From Raillietiella orientalis (taxonomy: Eukaryota): DNA of 64,000 nt. The position numbers were made by a program, and so were the translations under genes. Location: NCBI GenBank assembly GCA_036172245.1, contig JAYWIR010000036.1:2108001-2172000 (forward strand), written 5' to 3'. A model generated the notes under the pieces. It saw only the letters and a list, made by a program, of their open reading frames with translations. It did not search any database and was not told the DNA's origin. This document shows, in pieces, positions 26,301 to 38,201 of the stretch; the first letter of the stretch is position 1, and every line of letters begins with the position of its first letter.

Positions 26301-27611
26301 TCGTTGTCTCTCAAATAATTTTTTAAAAAAAAAAAAATTAAACAAATTAAGTGTTTGCAATGAGAGACAGCTTTGTTCGAGGGAACCTTTTTTTTTCACG
26401 CGTTAAAAATAGGAAGGAAGGGGGAAGGCGAGGAATTTACACGTACACGGATCTTTTTACTGCGTTTTTATTGCTGCGTGAAACTTGGGTGAGTATTTTG
26501 GTAGCCTTGCTGCCTGCCATTTTTTGTAGGCTGCCGAGTACCTCGGCCATTGTTGCGTCGGACGCAGCAGCTCGGGAGATCACGTGACGCTCGCGCAGAG
26601 GAAACGGCGAAGGCGCGCGCGCCTTCCCCCGTGCAGCTGCGTATGCGAGAGACCCTGCGCGCGTTGGCGAAGATGACTGACTCCCAGCCCCGAACTCCCA
26701 CGGTCCTTGCAAGTTCGCCCACCCTCCCACGTGTGCAGTTCGGGGAGCGCGGCCCCCTCCCTACCCGAGCCTCGGAATGGGCACGTCCTCCCCTTCCTCC
26801 CTGGGGACGGTGCTCGCGCTGCCTTGAGCGTCGAGCTGCGTTTCCCGTGCTCCTTTCCCACGTGCGAGCCGCCCCGGGTGCTGGGCCTGACCCCCGGCTC
26901 TCGACGTGATCCAGCCAGGTCTGTGAAGTGCGCCGCGCGTCCTTCGCCCGCGGAAGATGCGCAGAAGCCTCATCTGGGAGTGCCCCGCGTCTCGTGGGAC
27001 CATCTGCGCGCCTCCGGAACCGCCGGCACTCGGACGAAGCTGGCGCTCGAGGGGGACGAAAGTCGTGACCTTCGGCGCGCAGCTTTTCCGTGGTTGGAAA
27101 ATTTTCTCCAGCGTGTGGTGTGTCTTTTCGGTACACGTGGGTTCGCGCGCGTGGCGGAATCCAAGCAACCGGTGGTCGCTTGGATTCCGTTCCAGGTTTT
27201 CCCGCGTTGCGTCGGAGAACCCGAGTTCAGGGTGACCGCAAAAGACTTTTTTGAGTGTGTTGCGTGTGTGTTTTCCTTCAGTGAATCTGAGGTGGGACCC
27301 GGGGATCCAAGAACACAAGGAAATTTCCGATGGGAATGTGTTTCGAAGTGTGGTAACCATGTTTTCCCTCCCCCTTCCGCACAGGTTCCCAGGCTTGCCA
27401 GGGTGTTGAAGATATGAGCGGGCACCGTTAAGTGTTCAAGGTGCGCAAATTCCTGCCAGGGTGCCGCTGAGCAGCAAGTAAAAGGGGTTTTGCGTTCAGG
27501 AAGAAAGAAAAAGGAAGGTTTTGCTTTTCAGTTTCAGGTTTTCCGGTTTGCAGCTGCCGTTTCTGTCGGAGGTTCTGCGGGAGCGCGAAGTCTTTCGGGC
27601 GCACCTCGAGC

Positions 27612-30600
27612 ATGAGTGCCTTCAAGCGCTGCTCCTCCCTGTGCGAGAGCCTCGTGCTGCGGTTTCCTGGGTCAAGACCAAGTTCCACCGGCAGCTCGAG
27701 CACCTTCCGTGTCACCGTGAAAGAAGCCTTTCGCTTCTGTGTGGACTGCATGACGGCTGTCGGAACGCCGGCGAAGCACGCTCAGCAGCTCGCCAGCGTC
27801 CTGGTCGAAGCAGACAAGAGAGGACATTACAGCCACGGCATGAACAGATTAAGTAAGTGCCTCTCCGATTCCTCGCTTGCTGCGTTCCTGGCAGCGCCAA
27901 CCACCACCCCAGCGGCGACGCGAAAGCGCCGGATGTTACGGAGCACACGAATATGCCTCCATGAAACAGAGGCACGGTGAGGCAGGTCTTCGGACGATGA
28001 TGACCACCAAGGCATTCATCACTCTATGTCCGTGCAAAGTTTTCGTGTCGACGCAGCACCGTGAATCCGTGACAACCCACACGTTTCTAGATCTGCTGAA
28101 GGGGCGGAAACGAACGATGCGTGCCCGTCCGTTTGGGGTGCTGCCGTTGGCGTGCACGCAAGGGTTGGTCGGTTCGTCTTAATTTGCGTTCCCTCATTCT
28201 TGGGAGTCGTGCTCGTAACTTGGGAATGTCTTCCCAATACCTCAGCGCAGGCGCCTTGGTCCCCAGCAGGAGGTGCGCTGCAGCCGCGCTCGAGTGCTCC
28301 GAGGTTCACTGGCGGCCCCCCCCCCTCCCCTCCCCTTCCTCGCGTGGAAGGTGCGACTCTTCGAAGGAGTCCTTTGGTCAGTGGGACGGGAAAGCCGACC
28401 AGCCGCTCCGTCCATCCCGCAGCTGCCCTCGAGCTGTGAGGTTCCTTCTTCGCGGCCTGAAGGTACACGCTGCGCCCCCCCCCCCGCGTCTAGCAGGCTG
28501 TGCGCGCCTCGTCGTGTTAAGGCCCCAGTGGCTCGTCACCACCATCAAGGGTTCTTTGGTTTAGTAAATCTAATTTGGACAATGTTTTCAGTGTGATTAA
28601 ATACCTAATAAAGCCGATAATTCTGTTGACTTATTAAGAAGTGGACCAATTGCCAGATTTGAGCTTTACTCTCATTACATGCACGTACTTTTACATCTTC
28701 TCCATGTTTGGCTTTGTATCCATGCAGAGCTGACTTTTGACACGCATTAGAGATCCAAAGAACCGTCGATGGTGAATGCGGAAGGGAGGTGGGTTTGCGT
28801 GGGGGCAGAGCGGATTCTGCCTCGGTCGAGGACGGGAAGATGGGAGTTGTTCCGTGGGTGAAGTGTTCGCTGTAGTGGACAAGGTGGTTGGGGAGGGAGG
28901 GGTGAGGTTCCACCTTCAGAAGCCTATTCTCGTCCACCACGGAAGGCGACGAAGTCCGCTGACCCCACGTTCTTCGAACGAGAGAGTATGGGTGATTGAG
29001 GTGTGGGGAAGGAAAAAGGGAAGAAAGGCCGCCGCACCTTGGAATGAGGACGAGGACTTATGCCGCAGGGACGTGGACTCAGCAGGGCGTGGCGGATCTT
29101 CAAGCTGCCTTCCACCTGGCCCGTTGCTACGTGCCTGGGCGATCAGCGAAGAAAGCGTTCGTTCGCCTCCGGAGGCGAAGTCAATTCTGCAGCCTCTGCA
29201 AGACACCCGCGGGCGGGCAGAGAGGACCTTCTTCCACAGACCGGGCACAGCCTTGGCCAGGTCACAAAGGCGAGCTGCTTGCGGAGCTTCTGGCTGTCCC
29301 CCTGCAGAGCGAAGTTTCCGGAAAGGTAGAAGGATCGCGGAAGAGAAAGTGGTGGTAGGAGGAGCACCGCTCTGCAGGCCGCTCAGGTCTGGGAGGTTGA
29401 GGAGCGCGCGCATTCAGGAAGGGCGGCTCGTCGAAGCGTCCTCTTCGATCGCCCCGGGGAGGTCGGTCCGCATCCGCGACGACGCACGGCTCAAAGGTTG
29501 ACCCCCGTGCTCCTGCTCGCTCCGGTGCTGCGGGCAACGGCAGCGCAGCATGCAACGCGTCAGGTGGGGGGGGGGGGGGTTCGCGTCTCGGGTCACGGAG
29601 GGGGGAGGGGGGCGAAAAGTGGGAAAAAACAGTGGGGGCTCTGCCTTCCAATCCACGCAACGCTTGCATCGGCACGTCCTGCCTTCCAGGAATGTACGTC
29701 GAGGACGTGAGGAACGGAATATGCGACGCAGCAGCCGTGCCGACCGTGCTGAAAGAGAACACGTGCACAGCCCACGTGGACGGCCGCAACGCACTGGGAC
29801 CCACCGTAGGCGAGTTCTGCATGGAGAAGGCCATCGAGAAGGCGGAGCTCTCCGGGATCGGATGGGTGGTCACCAAAGGTAGGTTGCGACCGACCGAATC
29901 CACTGCTTCACCTCACCGCCCCCGCTTTGATGCCCTCCTCTTACCACCCCTCGGTGCTCCAGGAGGGACGCGACGGGGTCATTCGGGAGAACGCGGGAAC
30001 GCAGCCAGCACGCGCGCTCTACTCGTGCCCGCGGCGTTGGCGGGGGCGTGCGGTCTGCCGTTCGTCCTGGGAAATAGGTCCAAGCGAGCCGCGGGGAGCG
30101 GACTCACCCTAGGGGAACCCTCCGTTACTCGCGGAGGGTCCACAACGCCTCGTGCGCGCCATCTTCCTCCCCCCCTCTTTTTTCTTGTTCTCGGGCGCGA
30201 CCGCCTCCAGATGACGTCCGGAGCTCTGGGATGCTGCGCGCACGAAAATCGGCGCCTTCGCGCTCCCCCGCTTTCGGGATTTTTTCTCTGAAAGTCGAAA
30301 AACAAAAAGGAAAAACGAAGGACGTGCGTCAAGCAGTTTGCGTTTCCAACAGGAAGCTGCGCGCGCGCGGTTGCTTAGAAACGTCGTAGGTGCCCCGAAA
30401 GTCCCGGACCATCAAAATGTCGGAAGATCATAAAAAGTAAATGCTTATGTTTGTTATATACAATAACATATTTACTTATATATAGATTAATAGACTTATT
30501 TTAACATGGACATTTATTATCATGCTTATTATTAATATAATTAACATGTATATTAAAGATTGTAAAATATGTGTTTATTATATATAATTTATCCCCTCTT

Positions 30601-33600
30601 TTTTAATTATCACCATTATTTTTCATTTTTTAAAATTTGATATTCATGTGTTTATTTAGTACATGTGCAGTGTGTATATAAATACCTACAATAAGCACAT
30701 ATATGTTTATTTTTGTAACGTTTAACATGCATATTAATAATGTATTAATACATATTAATTGTATTAATGATATGCATGTTAATAAATACCAATAAACATA
30801 TATGTCAAAGTAATATTAATAATGTGTATGTTAAAATAAATTTGTGTACTCATATAGATAGATAGATAGATTAGTACGTACATTCATTACATGTATATGC
30901 ACAGGTATGTTGAACTAAATTTGTGTATTTATCTATCTCTATCTAAAATAAAATTTGTGCACATATATATGCATATATATATATTCACAAATTCGTTTTA
31001 TATATATATGTGTGTGTGTCTTGCAATATATGTGTTAAAATAAATTTGTATTTATAGGTAGATAGATAGATCTTGATAAATTTGTGTATTGATATATTTG
31101 TATCAATATTGATGTATATATGTATATATTAATACACCTATTTATTTTAACCTACATTTATTTATATATAGATTAATACACCCATTTTTTATGTATGCTA
31201 CAATAAATCTGAGCATTAAGATATAGATATATTTGTTATATACATAAAGATGTACGTAATAAGATGTATATATAAAAATATTTCCTCGCTAAATTTGTAC
31301 GCACACACACACGTACATATATCGTAAGCATCTATTTTTATGGCCTTTCGAGATTTAGAACCAACCTCAAAGGTGGGAACCATGGAAACCGCACGCTCGC
31401 CAGCGGTGGCTTGTCGCGCCTGCGGGCAGAGAGAGAATTGGCGTCAGTCGTGCGCACATCCCACTGGCAGCGGACGGCGCGGCATACGGAGACGGGGCCG
31501 TCTTTCGCGTGGGACGTGGGTGGCAGCAGCTGGTCTGGGACGTGCCCCCCCGGGCCGCGCGCCAGACGTCCACCCAGGCCCCGCTGCCCAACATGTAGAC
31601 CTCTCGACGGGCGCTACGCAGCCAGCTCGGCCGTCGTCGCGACCGTCCGAAGCTCCCGTCCTCGCCGGGAGCCGAACCTTCGCCCTCTCCGGAGGAAGTC
31701 CCTCGCGCATCTCGCGGGCGAAAGCGCGAGGCGCAGCTGCTGCCTCTTCCGGTGCGCCGAGTAGGGAAACCGCGTTGCGACCTCATCCCACTTTTCGTGC
31801 GGCCGAGCGACCGTTGGCACGGGGACAGGAGCAGGCACAAGGGAACCCCTCGTTCGAGCTCTTCCCCTCGAGCGAGGACGCTGAAAGTTTTCTTCCTGCG
31901 AGCGAGCCGTGCCCGAAACTCCGCTCGTGGACCGGGCCGTTGCACAACTGCAAGCGACGTGTACATAAAAGAAGCGAATGGGATTAGCAGGAGTGGAGTT
32001 CCCAAGCCCGTGAGGCAGGGTTGCCCCAACGTGGAAACGTGGATGATATCTGACTACCATGACTCTGCTGATGTGCTCGCTGGTGATGGAAGACCGGGTG
32101 TGGGTGATCGGATGTGGTGGTTCCCATGCAGGGCGGTGCGCCTACCCGTGTCGGACGTCTTGCCAGCGCATTGCTCACGGTGCCGTCGCGTTGTGACCAC
32201 GTTCGGTGGCTGCACGAGTCATCCTGTGATCATCCGAATTCGACAGCCAGCTTTCCCGTATCTTCGGGAATCCCTGCCTGCTTGCCTGCCTTCCTCCTCC
32301 TCGATTTCGAAGGACGGAGTTTTCTTCACCTCTTCCGTCGCTCACGTTCGGGAACGCGCTGCATTGATTGTGTGACATTCCTTTGGCCATCCCTGCGGTC
32401 GACCGGGTCGTCATGAGCAAGTGGTCCTCAAAAAGCCCTCACTACCATCGGCGCCATTTCTCCCTTCTTCCTGTTCACCGCTCGAACGGTGCAGCGAGCC
32501 ACAATGGCGACGGGATTCAACCACGTGGGAGCACAACGCCAACAGGCGGGGAGGAGGTGTGGCAGAGGAACCGTGCCGCTGTGGCACCCCACGGCATTCC
32601 GTGCGCAGGGAGTTCTCCCGAAGTGTTATAAACACACCCACGCACTGCGAAAGCGCATAAACAGCAGACTGTGCGTGGTGGGTTTCCTTCCTACCAGCGT
32701 CTTCAGAGGGAAGCCAGAATGCAAGCCGGAAGTTGTGGTTTGCCTGTAGGCAACTCCGCTGTCAGTTATCCGGTTGTGAAGGAGCGGACCCCCCATTCCG
32801 GAGGACCCCTCCGCGTCTGACTGATGGAGTAGGTGTGTCGCCACCACCTCTCCAGAGAGTGCAGAGACGAGAACCGATCCCTTCGGGGAATCTGCGCCCT
32901 TCTGAATTTCGGAAGCGTCCATTCGGGGTTCTCTTCAGAGGAGTAAACAGGAGCGGATCCCTCGTGGGGGATCCCTCCGGAGAAGAAATTCCAGGAGCGG
33001 ATCCTTTCCGGGTTCCCTTCAGAGATGAAAAACTGGAGCGGACCCCCCAAGAAGAATAAGGAAGGAGATTCCCTTCAGGATCCCCCCCTTCGGAGACAAC
33101 CAGGGCGGAGGTGATCTCCATTTCCGAGGATCGCTCCCCCGGAGCAAGAGGAACGGACTCTGAGTCCTTCCCGGATTCATAGGGCGGACCCCTCCCGGGG
33201 TACCCCCTATCTTGAAGAATACCCGCCCTCGGGTGGCGTGGAACCGCGTCGAAGAACTGCGAAGACAGAAAAGAAGGATTTCCATCGCAATTCACGTCTG
33301 CTTCTTCTGAAGTTGAAGAATCTGCTGTAACAACGGTATCTGGCCATGACTTTTTCCAACAGGCGTTCAGGGTCCAATTTATAATAATGGTCTAGAATAT
33401 TATTTTTTTTGATTAAGTTTTACCTGTACTGTTTTGTTTTTCCTTTATTAAGCGAAACTTTATTTGAAACAATAACATTAATTAACAGCCTGTGCGCAAT
33501 GCAGCCATATTTGAAACGGACCCACATCTCGTTGGCCATACGCGATCAGCACCGCAACTCTTAAGGCGTGTTTAGCACGTGCATCAGTTCAGCTGACGAT

Positions 33601-35264
33601 GCGGCGGGCCTCGTACAACGCGGAACGCACCCCCCGCGCTGTGCGGGAGTCCGCTGTATGTGAAGCTGCTGCAATGCGTACGCTGTACTGGTACACGGAA
33701 ATGAGCTTCTAGCGTACCAATCGTCATCCTGCGATTTGGATCGGAGAGCCTGGCTTGACGACAGCGCTCTTGGGCGCGCACGTCAGGGCGTCGGCCTCCT
33801 CCGACCTTGCGCGGGTTGGGTTGCACTTCGGACTTGGCCGCTGGTTCCTTGGAAATCCGAAACTCTTGCAGAAGTCTGGACCCGCAATGTGGGTCCCGTA
33901 GGACTGCAGCTCAGAAGCACTCCGGAAGCCTGGGGCACTCCTTACGCCTGCTTCGGTCGCGTGACCCGCGCGCTGCGAGGCCGCATACACCGAATCGGAC
34001 ACCACCTCGGAAAGCCGTAAACCAGCTCAGCCAACCCAGCGCTCACCGCCCCCCCCTTCCCCCCCCCAAGTTGCCGGCAGCATGATTTCCACGGGAACCC
34101 TAGCCTGACCGTTCACACGCGATGGAAAACCCCTATTTTGTTTCCGTAAAGTTACGCACTTGTCATTGTCATAGGTTCGAATCATTTCGGCATTGCCGGC
34201 TGGTACAGTGCAAAGGCACTGCAACGTGGATACTTGGCAAGTACACGTGAAAGCTGAATAACATATTAATCAGGTTCCATGTATACCAGGGACTAGCTTT
34301 TTGCAACACGTCCCCCATTATGGTTCCAACAAGAGCCCAAAAGGTACTTTTGATTTTTACTAAAGCCAGTAACTTTCCCGCAAAATTCGCAATCGCCTCC
34401 CTCGTGGTGCGTTCGTAAATTTCATGAGCCCAAATCCTAGGCAACATTGGGGACGAACCCAATTTCTTTGGCTGCTCCCGCCTTGGACAAGGACGACAGC
34501 TTCCTTCTGGACATGGCAACGACAACTGTTGCCGTTGGAAAAGTGAGTGATGCTTTGTTTTTTGTTTTGAAAAAACAAAACAAAACAATGTGTAACTCCA
34601 AACATCTTTACGAAGATCGAGTTGAGTCGGCGCAAAGGACTGCCAATTCCAAAAGGATGGGCAACAGATAAAGATGGCAAAGTGACCACGGACCCCAATG
34701 CTTATGCTGCATTGATGCCACTAGGTGGAGTCGAAGAACATGGAGGATACAAAGGCTATGGTTTGGCAATGCTTGTAGAAATCTTTTGTGGCATTTTGGC
34801 AGGTAGACAGTCACCATCTTTCTGCCTTAGTGTTGGGATTTATTATGTATTAGGTAGCGATTATGGACCCAACATCCGCCAGTGGATGTCACACACAAAG
34901 GTAGCCAACTTGGGGCAGTGCTTCATAGCTGTGGATCCAGATTGTTTTGCTGAAGGATTCCAGAGTCGAATGAGTGATCTGATGGACTGCTGCCGAAAAC
35001 TGGAACCTGTAAGCCACACACATGACTGTCTGGGTGAATGCTGTTCCCTAGGCAACAGCAGACAAACCTGTGTTAATGGCTGGGGATCCAGAAAGAGAGC
35101 ATCTTAAGCTTGTGGAAAAAAGCAACGGTTTAACATACCACTTGCAACAAATCACAGACAATGTGAGTTGAAAGTCAATAAGATCTTGAACCTTTCTTTA
35201 GGATTCTTTGGCAAAAACACTGCAAGTGTCTCCCATGGTTGTGGAGCCCAATCACAAACCATAA
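27612..35264 (+). CDS. Ldh_2 family (malate/L-lactate dehydrogenase-like, NAD(P)-dependent oxidoreductase); exons 27612-27852, 29690-29878, 34175-34236, 34290-34343, 34441-34542, 34616-34802, 34854-35008, 35052-35162, 35202-35264
   Basis: Family motifs: LVEADKRGHYSHGMNRL, VDGRNALGP..GEFCMEKAIEKA...GIGWV, SNHFGIAGWY, NTSP, LGTNPISLAAP..FLLDMATTTVAVGK, PLGG...GYKGYGLAMLVEIFCGILAG, NLGQCFIAVDP, VLMAGDPE. All intron phases are consistent. Confidence 0.93.
30389..31366. mobile_element. AT-rich non-autonomous DNA transposon, MULE-like termini, copy B (in Ldh_2 intron 2)
   Basis: Left ATCAAAATGTCGGAAGATCATAAAAAG versus right end in reverse complement TTCTAAATCTCGAAAGGCCATAAAAATAG. Same terminal consensus as copy A; interior extremely AT-rich with TA/TG/TAGA micro-repeats. 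Confidence 0.55.
32780..33220 (+). repeat. Degenerate ~40-bp minisatellite array (unit ~GGAGCGGATCCYTTCSGGGTTCCCTYCRGAGAAGAAA), cluster 1
   Basis: Units start near 32911, 32950, 32994 and 33035, with more diverged units on either side. Confidence 0.75.
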
Positions 35265-35286
35265 TATTGAATAAACAGATAAAAAG

Positions 35287-36912
35287 CTAATCTTGTGTGC
35301 CGTTTGGCTCAGTTCTTTTCTCTATGATAGATATGAAGTTTTCACTGGCCTTCTGATTAATTCTCTTCAGTATAGTCTGGAGAGTGGTCCCTGGTCCACA
35401 CTCATAGGAGTTGGGATAAAATTGTCCTGGATTCCTCTCATACAAAACATGCATGATCTGCTCCCATTTCAAGGGACTGCATATCTGTTTAGGCAGCAAC
35501 CTGAATATATGCTGCGCACTTTTGTAGTAGGAGCCATCAACACCTGAATGAACTGAAATCTGGGGATCACTCAAGGAAATTTTTCGTAGAGCTTTCACAA
35601 ATGGTTCTACAGCTGGTTGCATCAGGGGGGTATGAAATGCACCAGACACAGGAAGACGTTTGCAGCCTAAGATGCCAAAATCTTTTCTGTTTGTGGAGAT
35701 GAAGTCCAGAGCCTACAAAAATCTTGCAGTGATGCAAGTTGCTGCAACAACCAACATACCTGCTTGTTCCCACCAATCACCTTGCTTTCAGGATACAAAT
35801 AATTTGCTATTCTGCAAACAGCATCTGGAATGCCATTTTGCTTGCACCATTCCTCTGCTACTGTGCATGCAAAACGAATTTTTGCATTATGTCCGTAGAA
35901 GACCGTCATGAGTCCACTTGGGACCCTTTCGGAGGCATGCTGCATTGCCTGACCACGTACATACACAAGCTGTACTGCTAAAAAAAAAAAAAAAAAGTTC
36001 ATTGAAAAACAAAGGCAGAAAGAAACAAGCCAATCACCGTGTTTACATGGCAAATTCGCCAAGTCTGACCTTAAAACACGAAAAAAAAAGGCATATGAGT
36101 TTTTAAATATTGAGATCAAGAACACTGTTACACAGATGAATTGAATCAGCACGTATGTTTAAGAATCCTACAGTTACTGATTTCTAAATATACGTGTTTA
36201 GCTTCCAGTTCATTCCATCATTACATAACAGTATCAGAAAAAATGCAAATTAGCTACCTCAGAAGTTACGGGATTACACACTACTCATAAATGAATGGAT
36301 TCTTAAATTAACCATCAACTAACCATCTTCAAAAGTCATGCAGCCTGCAAACACTAATGCCGCGATTTCACCGACACTGAAACCTGCTGTGGCAACACAG
36401 CGATCCACTGCCCACGGGCGTTCATCCTTCAATCTGCAAACTGATGCTAAATTTGTAACCAAAATAGCAGTCTGGCAGTTCACAGTTTTGTCTAAAAACT
36501 CCTTGGGACCACGTAAACATGCAGATGAAAGATCGAACTTCACAACATCGCTAGCATATTCATACATTTTTTGGACTTCAGGATACTTCATTAATCGCTT
36601 GTTCATACCCACATATTGCGCACCCTGACCGGGAAACAAAATGATTGACGTTTTTCGTGGATCAATCTTAGGTCTGAATGATTTATATCCTTGGCTTTGC
36701 TTCCTGCTTACACCAGCTGGGTAAGGTGCGGTAGTCCACTCATCATCTTCCTGGGTACCCAAAACCGAGTCCTCCAGTAGTTTTTTTGCACTGACTTGAG
36801 GACGAGTCCTCGTGGTATCCACGCCGGTTATGATTCTCTTTTTTCTAATTCCGCGTTGGTGAAATTTACTCACGATGTAGTGCGATTTTAACACCTTCAA
36901 TGCACTATTCAT
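35287..36912 (-). CDS. MCAT: Mitochondrial malonyl-CoA:ACP transacylase; exons 36912-36324, 35977-35760, 35712-35287
   Basis: SIILFPGQGAQYVGM, LDKTVNCQTAI, AGFSVGE (catalytic Ser), VRGQAMQHASE, IANYLYPESKVIGG, LPVSGAFHTPLM, PLKWEQIMH, YECGPG; N-terminal basic targeting-like peptide. Confidence 0.95.
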
Positions 36913-37934
36913 CTTTGGTTGATAATCACAAAAGTCATACAGTGAAAAGCATTACGAATCTGAACGAAAGCGCTCTTAGGGCTCCAATAATAGCTTATCT
37001 TTCAGGAAAACGAAAGTGATTCATAACTTTTGTAGGTGTAAAGCATAGCACGTCACCATCCACGCTTTTAAACTCATGTAGGCATGCACACCACCAGGCT
37101 TTCTCTTGAAGGCACAAGAATTACCAAATGCTTTCCGTTGATCATCGAGAAAATACTTTTTTAATATAGATTTGAGGATTTGAAGGAAGAGAAAAGTCGA
37201 GAAACGCTATTCATACATATACTATCTCTTACACAGAATGAACCAATTGCAGCTACTCACTTGTTAATGAGATAGTATGCGTGTATTTTACGGAGGACAT
37301 CAAGATTTGGAGAGTGAATGTGGAAAATGAATGTTGCACCAGTATTCAACGTATCTACTTAGCAAAGAGTCTGCACATTCTTTTGGTTATGAAACTTCAG
37401 AAGGAACATAAAGATATGAGATATACTTCAGTGAACAAGTCTTATTTTTTTAGAATCATAGTGTAATATGAATGAATTTGCAGCCAATATTGCAGTACTC
37501 AACTTGATGGCTACATCATATTAAGGAAACATTGAGTGTTTCAGAAAGTCTTTCTAGAAGAATAAGGATAGTGATTGCAGAAGAAAAACAGTCAGTACCC
37601 TTTCCTAACGGATCGATTTCAACTTTTTTTACAATACTTCGAAACAATACTGATGTGAATACTTATCGATTTGGGGAAGAAGGCACGACAGAGATAGATG
37701 CTCCATTTTTACTTCAGTATAATCAAAGAACTGTACGAAGACACGGGAATGTCTGTTAGCCCATATGCTCTCGGAAAGTAAAATGAAATACCAAAAGTTT
37801 CCCAGTCACCACTTCAAGCTGCTAATCGAGAAGAATATTTCTGGTACACTCAAGATGAAAATTCCAGAAAAAAGGTATGAAGAAGTGTTGGAGTTCATTA
37901 CGCATGACGCGTTGAAACTTTGAAATGACTTAAA

Positions 37935-38070
37935 GATATCCTTTCGGGGTTCTCTTCAGAGGAGTAACAAGGAGAGGTTCCTTCCTGGTTCCCTCCGGTT
38001 AAGAAATTCAGGAGCCACTCCTTTACGGATTCCTCCGGAGAGAATAAAGAGGTTCCTTTCTCGGGAATGT
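37935..38070 (+). repeat. ~40-bp minisatellite cluster 2, homologous to 32911-33035
   Basis: TTCGGGGTTCTCTTCAGAGGAGTAA is shared exactly with cluster 1 and is followed by a CCCTCCGG..AAGAAATT unit in the same order. Confidence 0.75.
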
Positions 38071-38201
38071 GGGGTCCCGGGGCGCATCTGGAAGGGGTGA
38101 CAAGAGGGATTCTATTCTCCTCGCCATCCTCTTCTTTTGGATAGATGAAGGATGGAGAGGACACCGGACGACAGGCAACGATCCCTTTCCTAATCCTATT
38201 T

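Noticed and set aside
17390..30388. Whole GC block as one giant transposon or foreign insertion (inward AAAATCCCGA words near 17407 and 30275)
   Set aside because: It contains exons 1-2 of the native Ldh_2 gene that continues outside the block; no TSD and no transposase.
32780..33220. CRISPR-like array
   Set aside because: Units are degenerate tandem repeats without unique spacers, in a eukaryotic intron with no cas genes.
37931..37970. Hammerhead-like core CTGAAGA..CGAAA on the minus strand of the minisatellite
   Set aside because: Stem I cannot form, stem II is absent, and the other units do not keep the core.
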